In this document: piece after piece, positions 11,555 through 25,726 of the stretch | How the letters are laid out: each line of letters starts with the position of its first letter | Position numbering within the stretch: position 1 is the stretch's first letter | Made by a program: the position numbers and the translations under genes | The notes under the pieces: model-generated | Databases searched by the model: none | Seen by the model: only the letters and a program-made list of their open reading frames with translations | Told to the model about the DNA's origin: nothing | Assembly: GCF_963921235.1 (NCBI RefSeq) | Contig: NC_086109.1 | Span: 8,930,001-8,994,000 of the forward strand | Reading direction: 5' to 3' | Length of the DNA: 64,000 bases | From: Mobula hypostoma | Lineage: Eukaryota

Positions 11555-14500
11555 CATGGCAGTCAGTTTTCACTGGGATTCTACGTTAACAGAGTAGAAT
11601 CGGAGTTGTGGCTCAGCTCTGGCTTCCACTCAGAAGGTTAACAGTTTGAAATCCATCTTTAGAGACTTCAGCTTGGGACTTCAGTGTATTAGAATTTGAC
11701 GGTGGCACAGTAGCCAAGCAGTTAGCGTAACACTAACTGATTAGGGTTCAATTCCCGCCACTGTCTGTAAGGAGCTTGTACGTTCTTCCCGTGACCATGT
11801 AGGTTCCCTCTGGGTGCTCTGGTTTCCTCCCTTATTCCAAAGATGTATGGGTTAGTGTTAGTGAGTCGTGGGCATACCATGTTGGCACCAGACATCCTCG
11901 GACTGTGTTGGTCATTGGCACAAGTGATGCATTTCACTGTATGTTTTGATGGTAAATAAGGAGAATCTGTAATCTTTTCACCAGATTACTGCTCAGATTG
12001 GAGAGTAATAGCTATGAGCTGATATTGGATGAAGTTGTTTTCTCTGCAGTGTCCGTGGCTGAACGGGGAACTGGCAGAAGTGTATAAAGCTGTGGGAGAC
12101 TCGGATAAGGTAGATCATCTTTTGCCCAGGGTGGAGACGCCAAATACTAGAAGGCATAAGTTTAAGGTGAGAGGGGAGAGTTTAAAGAAGATTTGAGGCA
12201 AGTTTTCTTTCCCCCACACGGTTCCTGGAACATGCTACCTTGTCAGATGAGGTGTTAAGCTTACCTACTGTCTTGAATATAGACAAAAGAACCGATGAAT
12301 CTCTTTTGCAAATGATCGGGAATTATTCTAAAGATTAAAGATTAGATTAATTTGTCATGTACAGTGAAATGTGACGTTTTTTGTCAATGACCAATACAGT
12401 CTGAGGAAGTGCTGGAAATGGACTGCAAGGGTCGCCATGCTTCCAGTACCAACGTAGCATGCCCACAATTTATTAATCCTAACCCTTACGTATTTAGAAC
12501 GTGGGAAGAAACTGCAGCACCTGGAGAGAACGAACATGGTCACAGAGAGAGTGCACGAACTGTCCTTACAGATTGTGGCAGGAATTCTCAAATTCCTCAC
12601 AGTTCCTAATTCTCACTCGGCATCACTGAGAAACAATTCTCGGACCACTGTGCCATTGTGTGTAGGACCTTGCTGCGTATGAAAATGCTGTCACATTGCT
12701 CATAGAAAAGGCACCCCCAGAGCTTCTGAAGGACTTTATACCGAATTTCATTGATTCTGTTATGGTTATTATTCCATTATTGGACTTAGTATGCCTGAAG
12801 AACGTGAATCTCAGGGTAGTATATCGTGACATATATGTGCTCTGATAATAAATTTACTTTGACTCCATCGCTAGCACATCTTCCTTTCTGTTAAATGCAT
12901 GCAATATTTTAATTAGCCCTGTGTAATTTATTTATTTATGGAGATACAACATGAAACAGGCCCTTCTGGCCCTTCGAGCCACAGTAACCAGCAATCCCGC
13001 AATTTAATTCAACCCTAATCACGGGACAATTTACAACAACCAATTAACCTACTAACGGGTGCGTCTTTGGATTGGGAGGAGACCCACGCGGTCACTGGGA
13101 GAACTGTCAGGCAGTGGTGGGAATTGAATCTGAGTCACTGGTACTGTAAAGTATTGTGCTGGCCACTAGGCTGCCTTGCCATCCCCGTTGTTCACAGTGA
13201 CCTAGGAAAATCCCAAGGTGGTGGGTTCGGAGAATTTAGTGACCATTGCAGCGATAAGGCTGCTGGTCGCTCCTTTCTCCTTTGGAGCAACGACTCCAAC
13301 TACTTACATGTAGGAGTTAGGTGGGATTGAGTTCGACTGGGTACTGATGGCCTTCCTTTTCACGTCACTTCCTTCACTCTGCTTCCTTGAGTTCACTTTT
13401 TTTCTAAAGATTTAGTGATTATTAAAGATTAGCTTTATTTCACACGTGTCAGAGCCATAGGTAACACCCAGTGTACACCAGGTTACTGAGCATTGATGGG
13501 ATTGAGGGTAGAGGGTTTGAATCTGAGGCCCTTTGTATGATTTCATTCCTTGTTAGTCCTTGGATTGTTGTGGTGTATCTCAAGTTTCTAGTTTGAATGA
13601 TGGTGCCTCTCATTTTCTGATCTTGAAATTGCATCAAGATGTTGGTTCTCGAATACATCTCTGTGACGTGTTAGGAGTGCTGGCCGGCTTTTCTGCAGCA
13701 TGTTATGCTTTTTGTTTTGATGTTAGAACTCTGCAGCCTCTGGCGAATTCTAGTGCGGCAGTGAGTGAATAGCTGGAGTGTTTTGATGGCTTAGAATTAC
13801 CAATAAATTGCACCACTCTTCGGAGAAAACCTCTGCAATATTAAAATGACAGTTCACTGGAGGGCATCAAGAACTACACTGTGGAATAAAAACTGGAGGA
13901 GATTGAATGGGCATTTAGAGAAGGGTAACAGAGGATGCAGATAGACAGAGATGGACACATTGGAGTAGGAGATCTGGAAGGTAACATTGGAATACTAGAA
14001 GATATTGAATCTGTTGAAAATAGCAGAGAATAATAAGAGGTGCTGAATTTTGAACAAACTATAGAGCGTAGGGCACTGCATACTCTATAGTTTTAGCAGT
14101 TTTGACTGATAGTCTATATCGGTGGCTTTCATATTTTATAAAATTCTTTTGGGTCTCCCCTCAGTCTCCACCGTTCCAGAGAAAACAATCAGAGTTTGTC
14201 CAATAATTCTCCACTATAAGGGCATAGGATGCTACTTAAGGGTCGCCGACTGTACATTTTCCTCCTCAGATGCTGTCTGATCCACTGAGTTCCTCCGGAA
14301 GCTGGTTTTTGTCTCCAGATTCTAACATCTGCAGGAGGAGAGAAAACACTAGAGATTCTCTGGATGCTGGAGGTCTAGAGCAACACACACAGAATGATGG
14401 TGGAACTCAGCCAGTCAGGCAGCGTCTATGGAGAGGGATAAACAGTCCGCGTTTTGGACTGAGATCCTTCTTCAGGAGCGGATGAAAGTCTTGGCCCGAA

Positions 14501-17500
14501 ATGTCTGCTGTTTATTCCCCTCCGTTTATGCTGCCTGACCTGCTGAGTTCCTCCAGCATTTTGTGTGATGAGAGAGAAGATATAGAATGAAATATGACAT
14601 GTTTGAAGAACTATTTCAAGAGAAAATGAAGATCTTGCCTTTTTGTGGGGCCTTCATAAACCAGAATGATGTCCAGAAATGCTGCTGCTTGATGGGAGGG
14701 GGGTGGGAGTCATTTTCTATCATAGAGCACTGGAGGTATTCAGCGAGTACCTCTAGCTCTTTGTTGTTCCAGGTTCCAGCATCTACAGTCTCTTGTGTCT
14801 CCTTAGTCATTTTCACACTGTGGCTTCAGCATTAAAGGTGCTTATTTAAGACTGTAAGATATAGGAGCAGAATTAGGCCATTTGGCCCATCGAGTCTGCT
14901 CTGCCATTTCATCATGGCTGATCCAATTTTCCTCTCAGCCCTTTAATGTTGAGATATGAATTAGATGGTCAATCTTAACCACACTAGGAGATGTATATCC
15001 ATTTGAGCAGGAAGATTTCCGTGTTGAATTGCTAATCTGTGTAAGGATTGAGCTAACGGTCCTCCATTTGGGTGACGAGGGGCTAAAGATTGCCTCTGAC
15101 TTCCAGGGGAATTGGACTCTCTAAAGTCAATAGGACTTATTTGGTAAACTTGGTTAAGCCTCTGGATCAGTATCAGATTTAATATCACTGAAGGGGAAGA
15201 ATTTTGAAAATGAAAGGGAAGTCTTTGTTACGACTTTTTTTTCTGCAGGTAATTTAAGCAGTCAGCAACAACTTAATTAATGTAAACACAGGAGATTCTG
15301 CAGATGCTGGAAATCCAGAGCACCACACACAAAATGCTGGAGGAAGTCAGCAGGCCGGGCAGCATCTATGCAAATGAATAAACAGTCGATGATTCGGGCC
15401 AAGACCCTTCATCAGGACTGGAAAGGAAGAAGGAAGATGCCAGAATAAGAAGCTGGGGGAGGGGAAGGAGTACAAGCTAGTAGGTGATAGGTGAAGCTGG
15501 GTGGGTGAAGTAAGAAGCTGGGAAGTGATAGGTAAAGGGATGGAGAAGAAGGAATCTTTCCCGTTTCTTCTCTCTGGCATGAGTAGAGTGTTTACTTTCT
15601 TGGTTGATACACTCTGTAATAGAATTGTAAGGTGTTTTTTACTAGGGGGATTGTCACTGATTATAAATAGGAAACTCACTCACTTCAACACTGAACTGAT
15701 TCCGGTTTTCAAGGGCACTACTACTCATGTTCTCAACAGTATTTCAGAATCAGGTTTAATATCACTGGTATATGTTGTGAAATTTGTTGTTATGTGGCAG
15801 CAGTACAATGCAACAAACTGTAAATTACAGTAAGAAGTGTGTGTGTGTATATGTTAAATTATTAAATAAGTCATGCAAAAGCAGAAATAAAGAAGTTCTG
15901 AGGTAGTGTTCACGGGTTCAATGTCCATTCGGAAATCTGATGGCGGAAGAGAAGGACCTGTTCCTGAATCACTGAGTGTGTGCCTTCAGGCTCCTGCAAC
16001 TCTTTCCTGATGGTAGCAATGAGAAGAAGGCACGTCCTGGGTGGTGGGGGTCCTTTATGATGGACGCAGCCTTTTTGAGGCACTGCTCCTTGAAGGTGTC
16101 CTGGATACTGGATTATTTATTGTTTAGTTTGTGTTTGCACAATTTGTTGTCTTTTACACATTGGTTATTTGTCTATCTCTGTCACGTGCACTTTTTCATG
16201 GATTCTATAGTGCTTCTTTGTATCTACTATGAATGCCCGCAAGAAAATGAATCTCAGGATTGTGTGCATACTTTGTTAATGAATTTACTTCGATTTGATA
16301 TGACTTCTCCAAGCAGGTTTGAAGGGATGGTGGGCTGGCACAAAGTATTTTTCCTTTTGTGAAAAGAAAGCGAACTGAAACTATAAACGCACCTTGCTTG
16401 CCCTTCCAACAGAGTCAGCCTCTGCTGTGGTTCTGAGACATGACTAAACTGCAAGACCTCACTCGATTAGCTTTGACTGCTCACGCCCCTCCTTCCACCC
16501 CTGCTGTTTCCTGCTTTAGTAAAGAAACAGGACAAAGTGGTTGAAAGATGAAGGGAATAACTTGTGGAGATGGGGGGGGGGGTGTGCTTTCTTTTTAAGG
16601 AAAATTCCTGCAGATAAACCTACTGAACATTTGTTTCTCCTTTAAAACAAAAAGCTAATCACACTGTTCTTTGACAATTGAATTTTTAAAAAATGGAATG
16701 TTTTCTTTTGAGATGTAAACTAAAGAAAGGGTCCCATCTGAAATTAATATTTATTCTGTCTGTCAGCTTCTCTCCCCTCCATACCTCCCTCCCCCCCCCC
16801 GGCCTTTTATGCTATTGATTTCCCCCTAGGCCTCTTTCTTTTAACCATTGCTGATGGTTGCTGAAGTTGACCACTCGCTCTTCTAACGATGGGCTTTTCT
16901 TTTCAAAATAACAGCAGCCTTCAATACTGGCGCATTTCTTTCTATGTGTGGCCCAGTTCATCCCACAGCCAGCAGCCGCGTTTCTAAATGAACCTGCGGT
17001 GCAGAGAATAAACTGATCGACGCAGCAATAAAGCCGGAGCAGTAACGTTCGCTGAAAATGGCAGCATGCGTGCATGGATGGAAAGAAAATCAGGGAAGCG
17101 GTGATTTGCATCGGGAAGACGTGTATGCAGCTGCCTGTCCACTCAGGGTGGAGAATCGAGCTTCAGTGGGATCGCTCCGAGGTTGGCTTAAGCAAGGATT
17201 TATGCTGGAATCCTGAACAACTACAGCAGGACATCATCTCCGAAGTAAAATAAATAGCAGAAAAAGCTGGATTCACAGCAGGTTAGGCAGCATTCCTGAT
17301 GTAAATATGGGCTACTCTGCAGTCATAGACATCAACTCAATTATAACTTCAGAGGGAATTTAGGGTTTTTTTTCCTGAAGTGGTTCATTTGCTGTTTAAA
17401 ATGTTGATGCCCGTGTCTCCTATTCGTTAAAACAATGCACTGAAATATTCTTTTGAAGATAATGATCTTAGTTCTCTTGATTATGCCTCTGATGTGTGCA

Positions 17501-18177
17501 TCTTCAATGTATCTGTGCTTGTGTTTTGTAAGGCGAAGAGTGGTGAATGCTGAGGTACGGCCCATCTGATTCCCACACGAGGGTTCCATATTTGTCTTCT
17601 GTTCTCCCTTTTGTTTCCTTGAAGCCAGCATGTCCTTCTATTCTGAAATTTGTTTTCAAGTTTGCATATCTAACTCCACTTGTTCAGCGTCAAAATCAAC
17701 GTGACAGTGTATAAGAAATGGTTCTTAATATTTTTCTAGCCTGTGTTAAGAGAAATGTGGGGCCTCTGTGTGTGTTTGTGGCTGGGGTTGAAGTTTTGCG
17801 TATTCTGACAGTCTCCTTTGCTGCATGATTTTGATGCGGAATGAAATATTTCATTTTCTTGAAAACCAACTTTGGCAAACTTGAAACGCCCTTTAACTTT
17901 GGTAGTTTTTCCCCACTATTCAGCTAAAAGTTTGACAACCATTAGTGTTTTCTGGTCGCTTTCTTCACTTGAAAGAACTGATAAGGCTTTGTTATTGATC
18001 AAAAGTAAATAGTCATGAATAAAGCGATTGTACCACGCCTTTTTAAAAGTTTCTTCTCCCAGGCAGCTAACCTGATCACCATTTTTAGATAGTCGTCCTC
18101 TTTCTACAACCCGTCACTATAAACACTTTAAATCACTTTTTATAATGCTGTGTACACTGTCACACACGTTTCCTTTC

Positions 18178-18949
18178 ACAGTCATAGTCATACTTTATTG
18201 ATCCCGGGGGAAATTGGTTTTCATTACAGTTGCACCATAAATAATTAAATAGTAATAAAACCATAAATAGTTAAATAGTAATATGTAAATTATGCCAGGA
18301 AATAAGTCCAGGACCAGCCTATTGGCTCAGGGTGTCTGACCCTCCAAGGGAGGAGTTGTAAAGTTTGATGGCCACAGGCAGGAATGACTTCCTATGATGC
18401 TCTGTGTTGCATCTCGGTGGAATGAGTCTCTGGCTGAATGTACTCCTGTGCCCAACCAGTACATTATGTAGTGGATGGGAGACATTGTCCAAGATGGCAT
18501 GCAACTTGGACAGCATTCTCTTTTCAGACACCACCATCAGAGAGTCCAGTTCCATCCCCACAACATTACTGGCCTTACGAATGAGTTTGTTGATTCTGTT
18601 GGTGTCTGCTACCCTCAGCCTGCTGCCCCAGCACACAACAGCAAACATGATTGCACTGGCCACCACAGACTCATAGAACATCCTCAGCATCGTCCGGCTG
18701 ATGTTAAAGGACCTCAGTCTCCTCAGGAAATAGAGACGGCTCTGACCCTTCTTGTAGATGGCCTCAGTGTTCTTTGACCAGTTCTGTTTATTGTCAATTC
18801 GTATCCCCAGGTATTTGTAATCCTCCACCATGTCCACACTGACCCCCTGGATGGAAACAGGGGTCACCAGTACCTTAGGTCTCCTCAGGTCTACCACCAG
18901 CTCCTTAGTCTTTTTCACATTAAGCTGCAGATAATTCTGCTCACACCAT
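18178..18949 (-). mobile_element. 5'-truncated Rex1/Babar-type LINE (relatively young)
   Basis: Open 199-aa frame (18319-18918): KTKELVVDLRR..YKYLGIRIDNK..KGQSRLYFLRRLRSF..FYESVVASAIMFAVVCWG. 3' end AATAAA plus (ATGACT)n-type tail. Confidence 0.85.
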
Positions 18950-21900
18950 TGTCAGACACGATGGTCAATCACCAACATTTGGTAGTATATGTTACCAAAT
19001 GCTACCCTGAGGTTCAATTTTCTTGCAGGCGTTCACAGTAAAACAAAGAAATAGAAATAGAATAATTGGGTGCATGGACGTTATTACAGCTCAGGGTATC
19101 GGAGTTTGTAGTGTAATTCCAATCTCATCTGTGAAGAGTCTGTATGTGCTCCCTTTGGAATGCTTGGTTTTCCTCCGAGTGCTCTGGTTTCCTCCCACAG
19201 TCCAAAGACTTACTGGTTGGTAGGTTAATTGGTCGTTGTAAATTGTCCAGTGTTTGGGCTAGGATTAAATCAGGGGCAGCACGGGGGCCGGAGAGGTCTA
19301 TTCTGCACAGTATCTCGATTAAGTATATAGAATCAGTGAAAAAGACTGACAAGCAACCAATGTGCAAACACAAAAATCAATTAATAAATAAATGAATAAC
19401 TTCATAATATTGAGAACATGAGTTGTAGAATCCTTGATAGTTGCGTTCAGTGACCAGTTCAGAGTTGTGGTGAGTGAAGTTATCCCCTCTGGTTCAGGAG
19501 CCTGATGGTTGTAAGGTAATAACTGTTCCTGAACCGGTGGTGTGGGAGCCGAGGCTCTGTTACCTCTTTCCCAATGAGAAGAGAGCATGGTGTGGATAGT
19601 GGGGGTCGTTGATGGTAGATGCTGCTTTCTTGTGGCAGTACTTTAACTTCAGTGTTGTTTTATATAATTCTGTATTCTGAGGCTAAGGGCGTGCTCCAGC
19701 TGCTCTGGGCTTTGTGTCACTTTTGTTCTGAATGCTGTTGCTTACTCTTATTGTTTGCACAATTTGTGTTTTTTTTCTCTCTCTCTGCTCATTGGGTGTT
19801 TGTTAGTCTTTTTTAAAAGGATTCTGTCGGGTTTTGTGGCTGCCTGTAAGGAAATGAAACTCAAGGTTGTATAATTCATACTTCGATAATAAATGTACTT
19901 TGAACTTTGAAGTTGTATATTGTTTTTGTTGCATGTTGCACCTTGACCAACATACCATAACAAACTTCTGGTCCACGTAAATATATATGGTGAATAAAGC
20001 TGACCCTTCATCCTTGATCGACACTTGAAATGTCTGGGTTTGAGGTCATTGATGTGGAGTTGTCATTTTGAACAGAATCAGATGTGGAGTGAGTGCTGCG
20101 ATCAGCTTGATATCGTTCCAGAGATTGAAAAGAGCCAGCAGACACTTACAGGATTAAGGGCGTGCTAAACCTACCTTTCGAAATAGTTTCAAATGGTGGG
20201 TTCCCCTAAGGGATTGTTGCAGTCAGACATTCAGAAAAGAAAGAGCTGCCTTAAATTGACTAGCGTGTAAAATCCAATGCACTAATTATTATTTTTGAAC
20301 TGTTTGGGTAGCTGACAGATGACACATTAAGAAAATCCTGCGGCCATAACCATATGTGCTATTGAAATAAGATGGCACGTCAGCTTATTCTCACCTTTCA
20401 TGAATGGACTATTAACACATTCTGAGGCCTTTGTTGTGTGACTATCCGTCGTTAAATGGCTGATTAATGGGGCAGTCCACCGGACAAAGGGTGCAAGGTC
20501 ACTTCAGATCACTGGGGGGTATGTGCTGCAGCTGGGCAGCAGAGAGAAAAAACAACCGCACTTGTGTATAACCAGAACAGCTTTTTCTTATCAGGAGATT
20601 TAGTGGTTGAGGAATGAGTGAAGGCAAATCCTGCACATGAGCTGAACTCTCTGTGGTATTGGTCCTCCCAGGCTAGTAGTTCGTGACGTGAAACATACTA
20701 GTTAGAACTAAACGCTTTTTAAAAAAAACTGATGTGGCTTATTTTGCGTTAGATTTGGTTCACATTTTTCCACCTATATGCAACTTGAAAAGAAGATTTA
20801 AATGAGATCCACGTTTTTTTGTGTGTGTTTCGTTGAGCGCACAATAGACTCATTATCTTTGCTGTCTGACCCAGAGACGAGATTTTGTGAGCCGTGAACC
20901 TGTGAATTGCAGTGAATGTAAAAGCAACTGTTAAAGTGACATTTGGAGCTCTTGGCAGCTATTTAATTCTGCGCGATGCTTGAAGGCTGACCAAGAAAAC
21001 ACGGTGAAACTTGTCGCATTGCATGCACAAGGCAAGTGACATTGACAAGTTATCCAGAACTGTTTCAACTCTCACTGGGGATATTCAAGTCTGGCGCTGG
21101 CTATGTTTATTGACCACACTTTCTATGTTCGTTTTGTTGAAACTACCTTGCTATATTAATGGAATGTAGCCTGATGCTGAGTGTAAATAGCTGCCTTATC
21201 GTTCGTTCAAAGATCAAAGTCCTACCCTGAGATTCGTTTTCTTGCAGGCATTCACAAAAAATACAATAGAATCAATGAAACACTGCACACAGAGACTGAC
21301 AAAACAACCAATATGCAAAAGAAGACAGATTGAGCAATTACAAAAAAAAAGATAAATAAAATAACACCGAGAACATGAGTTGCAGAGTCTTTGAAATGAG
21401 TCCACAGGTTGTGTTCAGTGTTGTGGTGGGCGAAGTTGTCCCGCTGGTTCAGGAGCCTGATGGTTGAGGGATAGTAATTGCTCAGGTCAGGGCGTTGGGG
21501 CAGGAGGAGCGGGATGGGCCGGTGGGTTCCAGCTCGCTGTTCCCTAAGGTTTACTCATCTCTGTGGTAAACTGAGGCGGTGGCCTGTAACCACCAGGCTC
21601 CTGAAAAGGCCTCGGTGATGACTGGCTTTGTGTCCGAGAGCTCACTTTCATGTTTGCTTACTTTTATTGGTTGCACAATTCGTTTTTTTCACTGCACATT
21701 GGATGTTTGACGTTTATTTTCCTGTTGGTTTTCTTTGTCTTGTGGCAGCCCGTAAGGAGACGAATCCCAAGGTTGTATATAGTATACAGATTTTGAATTT
21801 ACAACTTTGTATTGTTTCTGAAGCTGGTGCTGTGGGAGCTAAGCCTCCTCCTATACCTCCTTCCTGATGGCAGCAGCATGCAGTTCTCATTGTAAATGTG

Positions 21901-24900
21901 CTCAATGGTGGTGGGGAGAGCTTGGCCTGTGATGGACTGGGCTGTATCCACCATTGGAGGAGTCCCTGAGAATGGAACATGAGGAAATGTCTTACCATGC
22001 ACGGTTGAAATTCCTGTTTTATACAGACTGCATTATTCAAAGGCTATGGACCAAGTAAAGGGGATGAGTATAGTTGGGTTCTGAATGATCAACATGAACA
22101 GGATGGTCTGAAGGAGTCTTATTCTGAGTTGTGTGACACAAAAAAAAACACGAAGCCATTTCACCCATGGTCCACTGTCCTCTCCTGTCAGATTCCTCTT
22201 TCTTCAGAGAGATTCTGCAGATGCTGGAAATCCAGAGCAGGGCATAGCAGGCTGGCTGAACTCAGAAGGTCAGGCAGCATCTACGCAGCTTCACCAGACT
22301 TGGTCCTGAAAGGTCTTGCTCTGAAAGGTGGAATTCATTGCCACACGTGGCTGTGGAGGCCAAGTCATTGGTTATGTTTAAGGCAGAGGTTGATAGATTC
22401 TTGATTAGTCAGGGCATGAAGGGATATGGGGAGAAGGGAAGGCGGGCAATTGGGGCTGAGAGGGAAATGGATCAGCCATGATGGAATGGTGGAGCAGATT
22501 CGATGGGCCAAATGGCCTCATTCTGCTCCTATGTCTTATGGTCTTATCCTGAATTGTTGACTGTTTACTCACCTCCATAGATGCTGCTTAACCTGCTGAG
22601 TTCTTCAGCCCTTTAACTCTTCCACCTATCCCCTCCCAACTTCATATTTCAGCACCCCCCCCTCCCTTACCAATCCACCTTCCCCCTTCACCGGGCTTCA
22701 CATAATTTGCTAGCTTGTACTTCTTTCTCTCTCCTTCTTATTCTGGCTTCTGCCCCCTTTGTTTCCACTCCCAATGAAGGGTTGAGCCCAAAGTGTCAGC
22801 TTTTTATTCCTCTCCATAGATGCTGCCTGACCTGCCGAGTTCTTCTCGCAGTTTGTGTGTGTTGAAGATTTCCAGCATCTGCAGAATCTCTCGTTTATGG
22901 GTGGGGAGAAGGCAGGGTTAACAAATTAATTTTGGCAGAACTTCCACTAGCCTCTTTGTCAGCAGTTGTGTACAAATCATTTGCACATGGTTGCAAAGAA
23001 AATCCACTCTTCAAAAATTATATATTAAAATTCTTTTTGACAGTTTAACTGTTGCAGAATTTCTTGGCATTTAATTGTAAATTGCTTCTTGATGAGCTCT
23101 AGTACAAAGGTCACAATCCTAATGAGTCCGGGCCAGCTACGATAATACCGTGCCCGCCACGGGGCACAGAACAAACATTGCTCTTAAAAAAAAAACAAAT
23201 TTATACGTGTTCTTGAACTTCAACAGAAAAGTTCAGACTTGCTGTGCAAATGTTATAAACATGAAGTACAGATTCTTGGTAATTGGATCACTGCAATTTA
23301 CTGACAGATTTTGAAAGTTCAAAGTAAATTGATTATCAAAGTTCATTATGTCATCATATACAACCCTGAGATTCATTTCCTTGTGGGCAATCAGAGTAAA
23401 TCTAAGAAACACAATAGAATCAATGAAAGACTGCGCCCAACAGGATGGACAAACAACCAGAGTGCAGAAGACAACAAACTGCAAATATAAAAGACAAGAA
23501 ATAGTTATAAATAAATATGCAATAAATATCAAGAACATGAGATGAAGAATCCATGGTTTAGTGATGGGGCAAGTGATGTTTAGTGACGTTATCCCCACTG
23601 GTTCAAGAGCCTGATGGTTGAGGGGTAATAGCTGTTCCTGAACCTGGTGGTGTGAGTCCGGAGGCTCCTTCCTGTACCTTCTTCCTGATGGTAATAGCGA
23701 GAAGGGAGCATGTCTTGAATGGTGGGGATCCTTGACGATGGATGCTTCTTTCTTGCGACAGCGCCCCATGTAGATATGCTCAGTGGCAGGGAGGCCCTTA
23801 CCCATGATGGACTGGGCCATATCCACTACTTTTTGTAGGATTTTCCGTTTAAGGGCATAGATGTTTCCATACCGGGCCGCGATGCAGTCAGTCAATCTAT
23901 GTGCAAAAAAGAAATAAGGTTTTAAACTTTCGCAGTTCGCTTTCCCGTTTGGTCTTAAATCCCTCGATATATCACTTTTTTTGCTATTATTTTCCACTAT
24001 TTATTTAACTTAATTTTTAATATATACTTATAATTTATCATTTTATTATTATGTATTGCAATGTACTGCTGCTGCAAAACAACAGATTTCATGACCGAAG
24101 CCAGCGATATTAAACTTGATTCTGGTTTCGATTCAATTTTGGAAGTGATTGCAATTTTAAAATATGATCTTTGGGGCACACGTGACTGTCATAAATGTGA
24201 CTTAATCTTTGGCCTTGAGAACTTGAACAGCAAGTAAGTAAGCGCTGTAAATTCCTTGCAATAAGATTTGTTCCCAAACAATAATTTAATTTATTCATCA
24301 GACGTGGGTGCACTTGGCGAGCCTGGCATTTAGCATTTGAAAAAGCAAAGGGTAGCCACCCTCCTGACACTCTGATAGTCTTTTTTTAAGAAAAAGATTA
24401 TTTACATATCTTTCATCGAAAATATTTATGTAATTCTCAAATTAGTACGAGTGGCCTTGTTCTGGTTGCACTCCAGCCCCGACATGACCTTGCAGAGGAA
24501 ATGCTCCCTCAATATCTACAGGTTAGTCCCAAAGAATTCCCAGCCTTGTCTCTGACCACTTGCTAATACTTATCTTTAATATATTGCTTGTGTTTGGAAA
24601 AAGACAGTTTGCATCCAGGTGAAGGATCTCGACCTGAAACATCGATTGCCCGTTTCCCTCCTCAGGTACTGCCTGACCCACTGAGTTCCTCCAGTATCTT
24701 GTGTGTTGCTCTGTTAAGTAACAGCCTTGTCACTGTATACAGTAGAAATATTCCTGCCTCAAGTTAATCCCCATCTGGGGAAGAGGAGAAAATAGACTGT
24801 ATCTTTTTTATATGAAGCTGTCATTGAAACCTTTTGAATATTGCAAGGCCTAGTTAGAGTGGACATGGAGAGGATGTTTCCTATAGTGGGAGAGTCCAGG

Positions 24901-25726
24901 AATAAATGGCACAGAATTGTATAGAAGAATATAAGAATACAGTGACGTCCATTTAGAAAGGAGATGAGGAGGAATTTCTTTGACCAGTGGGTGAAGAATC
25001 TGTGGAATTCATTACCACTGACGGTTGTGGAGGCCAGGTCATTGGGTATATTTAAAGCAGAGGTCCTTGATTAGTAAGGGTGTTAAAGGTTACAAGGAGA
25101 AGGCAAGAGAATGGGGTTAAGAGAAGTAATAAATCAGCCATGATCAAATGGCAGAGTAGCCTGATTCTACTCCCATGTCTTATGGAAATGCATAAGGTTT
25201 GTCATTCTATCTTTCACTTATTATATGTGATGCAAGGAATCTTCATTAGTTTGGAAAGCTTCATACCAGTAATTATTACAATTGGTAGATTGCAGTGAAT
25301 TTAGGACGTATCTATTTAAAAGGGAAAGTCATACTAGTTGGGCTGAATGGCCTAATTCTGCTCCAATGTCTTGTGGTCTTACTATCACTTGCACAAGTGC
25401 AGCATAAGAGACATAAAATTCACAAGGAAAACATAAACAGAACCTTTAAACCAACGACACAATTAGAACAAAACAAAGTCCATTTTAGTGCAAAGCGATC
25501 GACATCATAGTGTTGCTAGACTGTAGTTTTCAGGTTGCGCTAGCTGGTTCAAGTACTGATGGTTGAAGGGAATATATTTGCAAATGTTCAAGAACAACAT
25601 ATTCCTGTTTGAAGTACTCAGTAGTTGAGATAGCATCTGGGGAGAGGGAAACAAAATTTCATATCAATTGCCTTCTACTAGAAACATTAGCCATGTCCCT
25701 TTCCTAGGGGCTGCCTGTTCTTAATA

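Noticed and set aside
13255..13330. Two adjacent small hairpins suggesting a structured ncRNA
   Set aside because: Imperfect stems, single copy, and no snoRNA, ribozyme or miRNA hallmark.
23233..23997. 254-aa minus-strand ORF
   Set aside because: Chance read-through across decayed Rex1-like LINE pieces and their 3' UTR.
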